From Candidatus Poribacteria bacterium (GTDB taxonomy: Bacteria; Poribacteria; WGA-4E; WGA-3G): a stretch of 64,000 nt of DNA. The stretch covers positions 15,476 to 79,475 of the forward strand of contig JAPPES010000036.1 of the NCBI GenBank assembly GCA_028824125.1. The letters run 5' to 3'. The notes under the pieces were generated by a model. That model was given only the letters and a program-made list of their open reading frames with translations. It was not told the DNA's origin and did no database searches. A program made the translations under genes and the position numbers. Below, in pieces: positions 31,050 through 40,485 of this stretch. The stretch's first letter is position 1. Each line of letters opens with the position of its first letter.

Positions 31050-31100
31050 CTGAACCCTTGTGACGCGACTTAGGAGGAAAACGGTTGCATAATTCTGCAT
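31050..31100 (-). promoter_or_regulatory. candidate ECF-type promoter element upstream of 28025..31012
   Basis: The rc sequence tgcagaattatGCAACCgttttcctcctaagtCGCGTCACaagg is conserved with the other sigma-fusion upstream regions. Confidence 0.45.
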
Positions 31101-31675
31101 GTTTATGAATTGGATGGTTGGAAACAGTGAATACTATTTTACCAAATCAGGTGGGTTTGTCAAGATGTGAGGGTTGAAAGGCAGGGTTATTTAGTTTTAA
31201 AAACCCTCAGTTATCAAGTTAACTGCAAGTAAGGGTTTTGAAGCATAATATTTTATCTTATCCGCTATGATGGCGTGGCAGAAAGTTTTCTGTGTCAAAA
31301 GTGCGTCCGGGGAATGCCATACGCGCATTCATACCGTTGATTTGGTTGTGATGACTTTCCCACTCACATCAAAGTTCTTGAGGATCTCAGTTGAGATCGG
31401 TATTTCGTTGGTTTTGCCACTGACACCTTGTTGTGTCCGTGTAACCTCTAACTCATGAGAAACAACGGAGAGTAAATGGCTTATTGTCGCATCACATTTT
31501 CGGGACAAGGTGATGTCTTGTGTGTACAACCGAGTGCTTGGACCAGGTCGGGTTGAGATCGTGCCCACTTTGCAGTGGAGGTATATCTTTATGTCCGGAC
31601 ATAAAACCAATGATGACAAGTCCGAGGATTGAGTGCAACGGGTGTCGTTTTCCTTATGTCCTGATTATACAATCT

Positions 31676-33130
31676 TTATCCCTTCACAACCCCAATCGGG
31701 CGGAGGCGCGCCACGCGGCGTGAAAGCCCTGCTTCGTCAACGACACGGACGACTTCATCAACATCTTTGTAAGCCTCTGAAACCTCTTCCTGTAGCGTTC
31801 GCTTACCTTCCGCACGGACGAAAATACCTCTTTCTTCAAGGTCTTTCTGGATAGAACGCCCCTCGGTTAAAGCGATCGCTTTTCGCCGTGAAAGCATCCT
31901 ACCCGCACCGTGGCAGGTTGTGCCCCATGTCTCTGCCATAGCACCCGGATCTCCGACAAGTACATAAGAGGCAGTCCCCATATCGCCTGGAATAAGAACC
32001 GGTTGCCCTACCTTCTGATATTTTTCGGGGATTTCCGGATGCCCAGCAGGAAAAGCGCGTGTTGCGCCTTTGCGATGGATAAAAAGTTCGCGTTCCTCTC
32101 CATCAACTTCGTGTTTTTCAAACTTTCCGATGTTATGTGAAACATCATATACCAGTTCCAATCCGAGTTCATCCTCAGTTGTATCAAAATACTTCATAAA
32201 GGTCTGCCGAACAAGGTGCATTATACATTGCCGATTATTCCATGCATAATTTGCACTGCACGCCATAGCAGTGATGTAATCTTGTCCTTCGGGTGAGCTA
32301 ATTGGCGCGGAAGCAAGTTGCCTATCAGGCAGGTTAATTCCATATCTTTCTGCGACTTGAACCCAGCTTTTGACATGCTCATCACAAATCTGATAACCGA
32401 AACCACGTGAACCTGTATGAATCATGACACAGACATTACCTTCACTTAAACCCATCGCATCAGCTGCTTCCCTGTAAAAGATACGATCAACGATTTGTAC
32501 CTCAAGAAAATGATTGCCAGAACCGAGTGTGCCGAGTTGATTTTTTCCGCGTTCTAAAGCACGTTGGCTTGCAGCGTCAGCGTTGGCATTTTGAAGATAC
32601 CCGGTGGCTTCAGTGAATTGTAGGTCATGTGGATGTCCGTATTCACGTTCGATTGCCCAACGCGCGCCCTGTTCCAACATGTAGCGCTCTTCATTGAGTG
32701 AGAGGCGTATCTTGCCTTTGGACCCAACACCGCAAGGAACATTATCAAAGAGTTCGCCAATGAGTCCTTTGGTCTTGCCTTCCAATTGTTTGACATCAAG
32801 GTTAGTACGGATCAACCGCACACCGCAATTAATATCGTATCCGATGCCACCAGGAGAAACGACTCCATCTGCTTTCGGATCCGTAGCAGCGACACCACCG
32901 ATGACGAAACCGTAACCCCAATGCAAATCGGGCATTGCAAGCGAGTGTTTAACAATGCCAGGAAGATGTGCAACGTTTGCTACTTGCTGTAACGCCTCAT
33001 CGCTTTTCGCTTGGTTTAAGAGTTTTTCGTTAGCGTAGACAATTCCGTCAACACGCATCCCTTTCATGTAACTCTTCGGGATCCGCCAACGGTATTCATC
33101 AATTTTTTGGAGTGTTATGTTTTGTGCCAT
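31676..33130 (-). CDS. rtcB: RNA-splicing ligase RtcB (3'-phosphate/5'-hydroxyl RNA ligase)
   Basis: The 484 aa ORF contains MPDLHWGYGFVIGGV, IGYDINCGVRL and the NHAG...GSRG metal/GTP-site motifs typical of RtcB. Confidence 0.85.
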   Translation of the reverse strand: MAQNITLQKIDEYRWRIPKSYMKGMRVDGIVYANEKLLNQAKSDEALQQVANVAHLPGIVKHSLAMPDLHWGYGFVIGGVAATDPKADGVVSPGGIGYDINCGVRLIRTNLDVKQLEGKTKGLIGELFDNVPCGVGSKGKIRLSLNEERYMLEQGARWAIEREYGHPHDLQFTEATGYLQNANADAASQRALERGKNQLGTLGSGNHFLEVQIVDRIFYREAADAMGLSEGNVCVMIHTGSRGFGYQICDEHVKSWVQVAERYGINLPDRQLASAPISSPEGQDYITAMACSANYAWNNRQCIMHLVRQTFMKYFDTTEDELGLELVYDVSHNIGKFEKHEVDGEERELFIHRKGATRAFPAGHPEIPEKYQKVGQPVLIPGDMGTASYVLVGDPGAMAETWGTTCHGAGRMLSRRKAIALTEGRSIQKDLEERGIFVRAEGKRTLQEEVSEAYKDVDEVVRVVDEAGLSRRVARLRPIGVVKG

Positions 33131-33170
33131 GATAATCCTTTCCGATGTGTTTCTTTATTTTTCATTCTTT

Positions 33171-33776
33171 TTACGCTTTTTGTGCCACCATACTTGTGAG
33201 AATCCCCAGGATCGTATCGCACTGTGAGATTTGATAAGCATTCATGTCAATGTAGAGTTTCTTTTCCACCAATTTGAGGAAAAGCCAATCTATCCCGGAT
33301 GTGATGGTTCCATAAATGCAAGCGATGTCATTCCCTTCTTCTGCGTTAAAACGTTGTGCAGCTACCATTTCCGCAACGCACTGCCCTAGCCCAACCAGCA
33401 AGTCATCCTTTTTTGCCTCAACAAGGAGGATGATAGGTGCCTTTAAAGTAAATTGACGTGGCGAGAGGCTTATCACAAAATCACACACACCAGCTAGGCT
33501 GGCATCGGCATCAACGTTGAACTCAATTCCTGAAAAAAAACTAATACGGTGCTCTAATTGTTCACGGAGTTCAACGAGGACATTAGCGATAATTAACTCT
33601 GATTTGACTTTTTCTGTGCCGACAGCAAGAGCTAGGGGGATGTTCCGCGCTAACACTGCGGTGAGCAGTTCACTCGGCTGCACCGGTTCACTGGCAGCGA
33701 AGATACCGGCGGCATCAACTTCTTCTAAATCAAACGTTTCCAGCACTGTGTCTAAAGTAAAATTGCTATACGCCAT
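33171..33776 (-). CDS. hypothetical protein with a PD-(D/E)xK nuclease-like motif, located immediately upstream of rtcB
   Basis: The sequence GIEFNVD...CDFVISL...PIILLVEAKKDD matches the D...D-x(n)-ExK restriction-endonuclease-fold signature. The start was chosen at MAYSNF. Confidence 0.4.
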   Translation of the reverse strand: MAYSNFTLDTVLETFDLEEVDAAGIFAASEPVQPSELLTAVLARNIPLALAVGTEKVKSELIIANVLVELREQLEHRISFFSGIEFNVDADASLAGVCDFVISLSPRQFTLKAPIILLVEAKKDDLLVGLGQCVAEMVAAQRFNAEEGNDIACIYGTITSGIDWLFLKLVEKKLYIDMNAYQISQCDTILGILTSMVAQKA

Positions 33777-33987
33777 CTGGGAGAATCTCCTTGTAACAAT
33801 TTTGCCGGTACGGGCGGTGTTGCAACCCCGATGCACATCCCGTCTATGACAGAATGTTAGATTAGATTTCTATTATACAGCATTTTTCTGGAGAACGCAA
33901 TATTGTCTGAATCGCGGAGGGCACAGAGGACGCGGATTTTTGTAAATGGAAGCGTGAAAGATGGACGAAAATCTTCACAACCTTCAT

Positions 33988-35157
33988 TTAGAGTGCTGAG
34001 AGTTTTGGTAATTCCACCCATTTTCGAGCCTGCCAAGATTCCATTCCCTTTTCTGCTAATTGCACGCCCTTCGCTCCTTCAAGCAGTGTCCACGGAAACG
34101 GTTCATCAGTTACGACATGTCGGAGGAACGACTCCCATTGCGCTCTAAAAGCGTTCTCGTAGGTCTCCTGTTCAGGTATTTTAAGCCATCCATCAAAAAA
34201 TTTGATCGGTTGTTCAATATCAGGATTCCAAACAGGGCGCGGCGTACCAGAGAGCGGTTGAATCCAACAATCTCTCAATCCAGCAACAGCGGATCCGTTC
34301 AAACCGTCTACATGTATTGTCAACAGATCGTCACGGCGGACACGAACTGCCCAAGATGAGTTAAAGTGAGCGATAATCCCATCTTCTAATTCAAAGGTCG
34401 CATACGCAGCATCTTCAGCTGTACATTGATACGGTTTGTTCTCCTCATCCCATCGTTGCGGAAGATGCGTGGTGGCAATACAGGATACACCCTTGACAGC
34501 GCCGAAAAGGTTGTCTAAAACATATCGCCAGTGACTAAACATATCGAGGATAATGCCGCCACCATCTTCAGATCGGTAGTTCCATGACGGACGTTGCGTT
34601 GGGATAGCATCACCTTGAAAAACCCAATAACCAAATTCACCGCGCACAGCGATAATTTTTCCGAAAAAGTCCGCGTCAATCAGGCGTTTCAGTTTTCGGA
34701 TCCCGGGCAACCAGAGTTTATCCTGAACAACTCCGTTTTTGAGTCCTGCTTTTGCTGCCTGTTCATAGAGACTATACGCATCTGCAGTTGTAGTTGCAGT
34801 AGGTTTTTCACAGTAAATATGTTTTCCTGCTGAGATTGCCGCTTGAACCGCGTCAACTCTACGTGATGTAACTTGCGCGTCAAAATAGACTGTGTATGCG
34901 TCATCGGTGAGGGCAGCGTCAAGGTCTGTACTCCATTTTTCAACGCCGGTAGATTCAGATAACCTCTCTAATTTCGTAGGATTTCTACCGATGAGAAATG
35001 GGTCAGGCATAATCACTTCGCCTTCACCGATTGGAATACCGCCATCTTCAGCGATTGCTAAGAGCGAACGAATGAGGTGCTGATTTGTCCCCATCCTGCC
35101 GGTAACACCGTTCATGATGATTCCGACACGATGTGTTTTTTGGGTGCGATTGGTCAT
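33988..35157 (-). CDS. Gfo/Idh/MocA family oxidoreductase
   Basis: The N-terminal Rossmann motif is RVGIIMNGVTGRMG, and the characteristic EKP motif (HIYCEKP) is present. Length is 389 aa. Confidence 0.75.
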   Translation of the reverse strand: MTNRTQKTHRVGIIMNGVTGRMGTNQHLIRSLLAIAEDGGIPIGEGEVIMPDPFLIGRNPTKLERLSESTGVEKWSTDLDAALTDDAYTVYFDAQVTSRRVDAVQAAISAGKHIYCEKPTATTTADAYSLYEQAAKAGLKNGVVQDKLWLPGIRKLKRLIDADFFGKIIAVRGEFGYWVFQGDAIPTQRPSWNYRSEDGGGIILDMFSHWRYVLDNLFGAVKGVSCIATTHLPQRWDEENKPYQCTAEDAAYATFELEDGIIAHFNSSWAVRVRRDDLLTIHVDGLNGSAVAGLRDCWIQPLSGTPRPVWNPDIEQPIKFFDGWLKIPEQETYENAFRAQWESFLRHVVTDEPFPWTLLEGAKGVQLAEKGMESWQARKWVELPKLSAL

Positions 35158-35197
35158 TTACAATCCTTATTTATAACGTGAGTTCGTAAAAGTCTTT

Positions 35198-35340
35198 GTA
35201 GCGTAAACTGTTAGTAAATCAAAGGTATGAATCATGGCGAATACGCGAAATCAAAGGTATGAATGCCATTTAGGCATTCCCCGGGTATTCGCCATGATTC
35301 CCCGTGTACTACAGATGCACAAACTAATAGTTTACGCTAC
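35198..35340. repeat. intergenic repeat related to family B
   Basis: Inverted termini gtagcgtaaactgttagt / actaatagtttacgctac flank internal direct repeats (atcaaaggtatgaat, twice) and the palindrome atcatggcgaatac / gtattcgccatgat. Confidence 0.5.
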
Positions 35341-35440
35341 AGGAGTGAGGTTGCTTCCGTATCAACTTCTTGCGCGGGACTGAGAAATCGCCTGCGGTGA
35401 GTGCATAGAAATACACGTCACTTGGCATGGTTTCTCCATC

Positions 35441-36379
35441 TCAATTTTCAAGGTTCAAGAGGGCCTGTGTAAACGCATCTACATCTGATACTTGGGCAGC
35501 GACTCGGTGTAAATGATCCAGGCGTTGCAGATCGTCAATTGCCCTGAGAAAAGGTTTTAGTTTCTCTGCGACATCGGTCTGAAACCTGACCTCTAATACT
35601 GTGAGGATTGCTTCAACGGCGTGTTCTTTTTTACCTTGTTCAATCCCTTGTTCAATCCCTTGTTCAATCCCTTGTTCAATCCCTTGCTGTATACCGCGTT
35701 GTATCACGCTTTCGTAAACGGGTGATTCTCTCATAAGTGCCTCCAATATACCATCCTGAAAAAGTTCAGGTGGATGAATTAAACCCCCAAATACAGAGAG
35801 GGCATATAATAACGTACCCCGGGTGCGGCTGTCTACTGGTGCCGTCTTCGTCGTTTCTATACACCTCTCAACCCATGCTTCTGGTGCGATCCCTGTAGGG
35901 GGTCTCATCAAAGGTGTAAATGGTAACAAACCAACAGTACCCGGATCCAAATATGACTCGCCTTCTAACTCGTAGACTCTAATCACATTATACGTAAACC
36001 GCAATCCTCCGATGACTTCATCTCCATACGTATAATGTCCGGGGTCGTTTTGTCCCGCAGGTGGTCGGAGATAGAAGACCGTGGAATAGACGTTCATCTC
36101 ATGCTGGTGGACAAGAAAACTCACATACGCCAGCATCCGTAACGGCATCGGTTTATCCTGACTCTCCTCGGTTTGTGCCTCTATATGCAGGATTGCCTCT
36201 TCACCTCTATCAGGCAGCGAGACCCGAAACGTCAAATCACTGTGATGTAACTTCACCGTGGGTTGCTCGGTGTTCAGAGAGTCTCTCACTCTCACCTGCT
36301 CTGTATTTAGAGCCAACGCTGCGAGTTGGTCGGGGGAGTATTCTCCTAAATGTTTGAATAGTTCATCATAATGTGCCAT
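35441..36379 (-). CDS. Rpn/YhgA-like family recombination-promoting nuclease / putative transposase (PD-(D/E)xK)
   Basis: The N-terminus HYDELFK and the C-terminal GIQQGIEQGIEQGIEQGIEQG repeat are hallmarks of YhgA-like proteins. The repeat is encoded by a 15 nt tandem repeat with five copies at 35632..35700. Confidence 0.7.
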   Translation of the reverse strand: MAHYDELFKHLGEYSPDQLAALALNTEQVRVRDSLNTEQPTVKLHHSDLTFRVSLPDRGEEAILHIEAQTEESQDKPMPLRMLAYVSFLVHQHEMNVYSTVFYLRPPAGQNDPGHYTYGDEVIGGLRFTYNVIRVYELEGESYLDPGTVGLLPFTPLMRPPTGIAPEAWVERCIETTKTAPVDSRTRGTLLYALSVFGGLIHPPELFQDGILEALMRESPVYESVIQRGIQQGIEQGIEQGIEQGIEQGKKEHAVEAILTVLEVRFQTDVAEKLKPFLRAIDDLQRLDHLHRVAAQVSDVDAFTQALLNLEN

Positions 36380-36517
36380 GATGCGTATTATACACACCGC
36401 TAAGGAAAATATCAAGGAGATGCTTTGCGAATGCGCGGTTGGCGTTGTCTGAGTCGCCAGAAAACAGAAACCCGTGTCCTCCGCGATCATAACAACACCC
36501 CTTATCAAGGGGACGAA

Positions 36518-36967
36518 CTACGTCTTAGGTTTGTCAGTGCATTGCGGGGCTGCACCTTCAGGGAGTGGAGGCACATCTATACCGGCTTTTGGCAATGTGC
36601 CAGCAAGTTCCTGTTTCCAATGGTCAACATCGCCTGCTGGACCGTAGCAGTATACCATCTTCATCGGTGTGTCACTGGTATTTGTCAACTGATGGAAAAC
36701 CCATGATGGAATAAAAACAGTCTGTCCTGTGGAGATCGTTTGCCGTTCTTCACCGAGACACATTTCGCCTTCGCCCTCAACGATAAAGTATATCTCTTCC
36801 TGTTCGTGATTGTGCCACGGCACCTGTCCACCGTTTGGCTCTAAAACGACGAACCCCATGCAAAACTCATTTATCTGTATCGGGGATGCACCGCCAACAA
36901 GATTTCTGGTTAGTCTACGTGCAGGATATGTTCTACCTTCCATTTCATTTACATCTGCGATTAACAT
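36518..36967 (-). CDS. cupin domain protein
   Basis: The motif WHNHEQEEIYFIVEGEG is present, in a 149 aa ORF. Confidence 0.6.
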   Translation of the reverse strand: MLIADVNEMEGRTYPARRLTRNLVGGASPIQINEFCMGFVVLEPNGGQVPWHNHEQEEIYFIVEGEGEMCLGEERQTISTGQTVFIPSWVFHQLTNTSDTPMKMVYCYGPAGDVDHWKQELAGTLPKAGIDVPPLPEGAAPQCTDKPKT

Positions 36968-36999
36968 TGCGTTATCCTTTCCAAGAATTTAATGAGTCT

Positions 37000-37566
37000 T
37001 TATTCAAAAAGTTCTGCCACCTGACAAGAAAATCCTTTGACAACCTCTTCTCCGCTGAGCGTGTCATTTCGTGTAAGGGTTGTGATTTCCGTTTCCGAAC
37101 GATAGACGGTTACCGTTTTGGCTCGTGGTGCAAGCACCCATACCAACTGTGTGCCTGCATCAAGGTAAGCAAACACCTTTTCTTGAATTCGGTGTAAAGT
37201 GTCTGAAGGAGAAGCAACTTCAACAGCAAGGCCTGGTGGAACTGGAGATGCTTTACTCGGATCAATTGGGATACGATCTGTTGAAATAAAGGCAATATCT
37301 GGTATCAACACGCGTTCACCAACCCGGAAACCTGTTTCTGAAAGAACACGTCCCAGTTGATTTTCACGAACGTACAAGTGTAGCAACGAGCTTAGGTTCA
37401 CACTAATGTAGCCGTGTTCTACTGACGTAGGCGGCATCGGAATTAATTCTCCTTTAATATATTCATACCCTTCTAAATCGCTTTCAAGGAATTCCTCCAA
37501 CGTCATCTTTGTCACTTCAGGTGGTAGGTTTTCTTGTGGGAATGCATGAACTTCTTGTGCATCCAT
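37000..37566 (-). CDS. Uma2-family (DUF820) putative restriction endonuclease-like protein
   Basis: The pattern YEYIKGELIPMPPTS...VEVASPSD...KVFAYLDAGTQLVWVL is typical of Uma2. Confidence 0.6.
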   Translation of the reverse strand: MDAQEVHAFPQENLPPEVTKMTLEEFLESDLEGYEYIKGELIPMPPTSVEHGYISVNLSSLLHLYVRENQLGRVLSETGFRVGERVLIPDIAFISTDRIPIDPSKASPVPPGLAVEVASPSDTLHRIQEKVFAYLDAGTQLVWVLAPRAKTVTVYRSETEITTLTRNDTLSGEEVVKGFSCQVAELFE

Positions 37567-37743
37567 TGTTTCTCCTCCTACTATCGTTTGTCTTGTGATT
37601 TTCTACATGCTATAGACAATTTACCACAATTCGCTTACGGAATTCAACTGCTTTTTGTATTTTGGAAGTTACACAAATAGTATAGGCGTGCGCGCTTTAC
37701 AATGCACACACGCCTATACTATCTAAAGATATTTTACTTTACA

Positions 37744-40377
37744 CTAAGCCTTATCCTCAATGACGGCTTGCGCTGCCGCAAGACGAGCGATTGGCACACG
37801 GAACGGAGAACACGATACATAATCGAACCCTAATCCGTAGCAGAACTTCACAGAATTCGGTTCGCCGCCGTGCTCACCGCAGATACCGACTTTCAAGTCA
37901 GGACGTGCAGAACGCCCTTTTTCACACCCGATTTGCAGTAGGCTACCAACACCTTCTTGGTCAAGCACCTGGAACGGATCGTATTCGAGGACACCGTTTC
38001 TAACATAGTCGTCAAGGAATTTTACGGCATCATCCCGACTCATGCCAAACGTTGTTTGGGTGAGGTCGTTTGTCCCATAAGAGAAAAATTCTGCTTCTGC
38101 GGCGATTTTATCAGCAGTAAGCGCTGCACGGGGCAGCTCAATCATCGTGCCAACAAGATATTCAACGCGAGTCCCTGTTTCTTTAAAAACCTCTTCTGCT
38201 GTATCTACAACAACCTTGCGTTGTAATGAAAGTTCATTGATATGTCCAACGAGTGGGATCATAATCTCAGGTAAAACCTTAATACCACGTTTTACCACAT
38301 CAACAGCGGCTTCAAAAATAGCACGTGCTTGCATCTCAGTAATCTCTGGATAAACAATACCAAGTCTACACCCACGATGCCCCAGCATCGGATTGAATTC
38401 ATGCAATTCTTCAACACGTTCACGGAGTTTTTGCGGGTCAACGTTAATCCTATCAGCAAGATCAGTGATTTCAGACTCGTTTTTCGGCAGGAATTCGTGC
38501 AGAGGCGGATCAAGCGTGCGAATAGTTACGGGATAGCCAGCCATCGCCTCAAAAATTCCGATGAAATCTGAACGTTGGTGCGAAAGCAGTTTCGCCAATG
38601 CCTGCTTACGTTCTAACGTTTCATCTGCAAGGATCATCTCCCGAACAGCATCAATCCCTGTCCCGAAGAACATGTGCTCAGTCCTACAAAGTCCGATACC
38701 TTCAGCGCCAAACCCTCTTGCATTTTTGGCATCTTCTGGCGTATCCGCGTTGGTGCGAACGTCAAGTGTGCGAACCTCATCCGCCCATTCCATAAGCGTT
38801 CCGAATTGTCCGCTTAGTTCAGGTTGGATAAGGGAAACTTGCCCGTTTAGCACATCACCTGTGGAGCCGTTGAGTGTGATGTAATCGCCTTCAGCGTAAC
38901 GTTTGCCACCAGCATAGAATTCCAATGCTTCTTCATTGATAAACAGATCCGAACACCCAGCAACACAGCTTTTTCCCATACCGCGTGCAACAACAGCGGC
39001 GTGGCTTGTCATGCCACCACGCGCAGTAAGAATACCTTCAGCAGCATCCATCCCACCAATATCTTCTGGCGATGTTTCTGTCCGGACAAGAATAACTTTC
39101 TCACCTTCGGCTGCGAGTTCCTCTGCGCGTAGTGCCGTGAAGACTACCTTACCGACAGCGGCACCTGGAGAAGCTGGCAAACCTTGTGTGATGACTTCAA
39201 CAGAAGCATCTGGGTCTACACTCGGATGCAACAATTGGTCAAGATCATTGGCAGGAACACGCGTCAAAGCGGTTTCTTTATCAATCAAACCTTCCTCAAC
39301 CATCTCTACGGCAATTCGCACAGCAGCTTGCCCCGTGCGTTTTCCATTACGGGTTTGGAGCATATAGAGCTTACTATCCTGAATTGTGAACTCTACGTCC
39401 TGCATGTCACTGTAATGCTTTTCAAGTCTCAATCCAATGTCAACCAATTCCTTATACGCATCGGGCAAAATGTTTCTCAATTCGGCGACAGGAAGAGGCG
39501 TGCGGATACCAGCGACCACGTCTTCACCCTGCGCGTTAATAAGGAATTCCCCGTAAAATTGGTTCGCGCCGGTCGAAGGGTTACGAGTGAAGGCGACTCC
39601 TGATCCGGAGGTTCCACCCATATTTCCGAATACCATGGCTTGCACGTTAACAGCTGTGCGCCCGAGTTCTTCAGAAATATCGTTGAGACGACGGTAGGTA
39701 ATCGCACGTTGATTGCCAGAAGATTCAAACACAGCATCGCGCGCCATGTCTAACTGGCGGCGAGGTTCATCAGGAAAATCGTTTCCTGTGTGCTGTTTTA
39801 CGGCGTTCTTGAATTCATGGACAAGAGCAACTAAATCGTCTGCTTCTAACTCGGTGTCTAATGTAACACCTTTCGCCTTTTTCTTTTCTTCAAGTAAATG
39901 TTCAAATTCATCGTGATCGACATTGAGCACAACGCTTCCGAACATTTGGACGAAACGCCTATATGAATCGTAAGCAAAACGTTCATTTTCAGATCTGGCG
40001 ATAAGTCCTTTAACGGCATCATCATTTAAACCGAGGTTGAGAATGGTATCCATCATCCCTGGCATTGAAACCGCTGCACCTGAGCGAACCGCAAGAAGAA
40101 GCGGGTTTTCAGTATCTCCAAATTTGGCGCCAAGTGCGTCTTCTAATTTCTGCAGGTTTTCGGTAATCTGTTGGTCAAGACCGCTGGGGTACTTCTCATC
40201 GTTATCGTAGTAGAATTTGCATACTTCCGTGGAGATTGTGAAGCCTGGGGGTACTGGCACGCCGAGATTGGTCATCTCAGCAAGATTTGCGCCTTTCCCA
40301 CCGAGTAGCGTCCGCATTGTTGCGTCGCCTTCGCCTTCACCGGCTCCAAAGAAGTAAACATACTTCGGTTGTGTCAT
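37744..40377 (-). CDS. ppdK: pyruvate, phosphate dikinase
   Basis: The 877 aa ORF starts with FGAGEGEGDATMRTLLGGKGANLAEM. It contains the phospho-His domain GGMTSHAAVVARGMGK and a C-terminal PEP-utilizing TIM barrel. Confidence 0.9.
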   Translation of the reverse strand: MTQPKYVYFFGAGEGEGDATMRTLLGGKGANLAEMTNLGVPVPPGFTISTEVCKFYYDNDEKYPSGLDQQITENLQKLEDALGAKFGDTENPLLLAVRSGAAVSMPGMMDTILNLGLNDDAVKGLIARSENERFAYDSYRRFVQMFGSVVLNVDHDEFEHLLEEKKKAKGVTLDTELEADDLVALVHEFKNAVKQHTGNDFPDEPRRQLDMARDAVFESSGNQRAITYRRLNDISEELGRTAVNVQAMVFGNMGGTSGSGVAFTRNPSTGANQFYGEFLINAQGEDVVAGIRTPLPVAELRNILPDAYKELVDIGLRLEKHYSDMQDVEFTIQDSKLYMLQTRNGKRTGQAAVRIAVEMVEEGLIDKETALTRVPANDLDQLLHPSVDPDASVEVITQGLPASPGAAVGKVVFTALRAEELAAEGEKVILVRTETSPEDIGGMDAAEGILTARGGMTSHAAVVARGMGKSCVAGCSDLFINEEALEFYAGGKRYAEGDYITLNGSTGDVLNGQVSLIQPELSGQFGTLMEWADEVRTLDVRTNADTPEDAKNARGFGAEGIGLCRTEHMFFGTGIDAVREMILADETLERKQALAKLLSHQRSDFIGIFEAMAGYPVTIRTLDPPLHEFLPKNESEITDLADRINVDPQKLRERVEELHEFNPMLGHRGCRLGIVYPEITEMQARAIFEAAVDVVKRGIKVLPEIMIPLVGHINELSLQRKVVVDTAEEVFKETGTRVEYLVGTMIELPRAALTADKIAAEAEFFSYGTNDLTQTTFGMSRDDAVKFLDDYVRNGVLEYDPFQVLDQEGVGSLLQIGCEKGRSARPDLKVGICGEHGGEPNSVKFCYGLGFDYVSCSPFRVPIARLAAAQAVIEDKA

Positions 40378-40485
40378 TAAAATTCTCCTGTTATTGTCCT
40401 TATCATATTGTTGTCTTCTATAGAAAATGTATAGGTATTTTCGATTTTACTATAAATGGAATTATATAGCACTCTCCCAAAAAAG

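Noticed and set aside
31013-31675. 660 bp gap with several 60-96 aa ORFs (31267..31458, 31329..31619, 31520..31723, 31633..31854)
   Set aside because: The ORFs overlap each other on both strands, lack RBSs and have no recognisable motifs. The region is more likely the promoter/leader of the 28025..31012 gene plus noncoding sequence. An ncRNA cannot be excluded but is not supported.
35632-35700. Short perfect tandem repeats (15 nt x5 here; 21 nt x3 at 43505..43567; ~48 nt x3 at 15683..15835) considered as possible CRISPR arrays
   Set aside because: The repeats are directly adjacent with no spacers. They lie inside ORFs, in frame, and encode peptide repeats. No cas genes are nearby.
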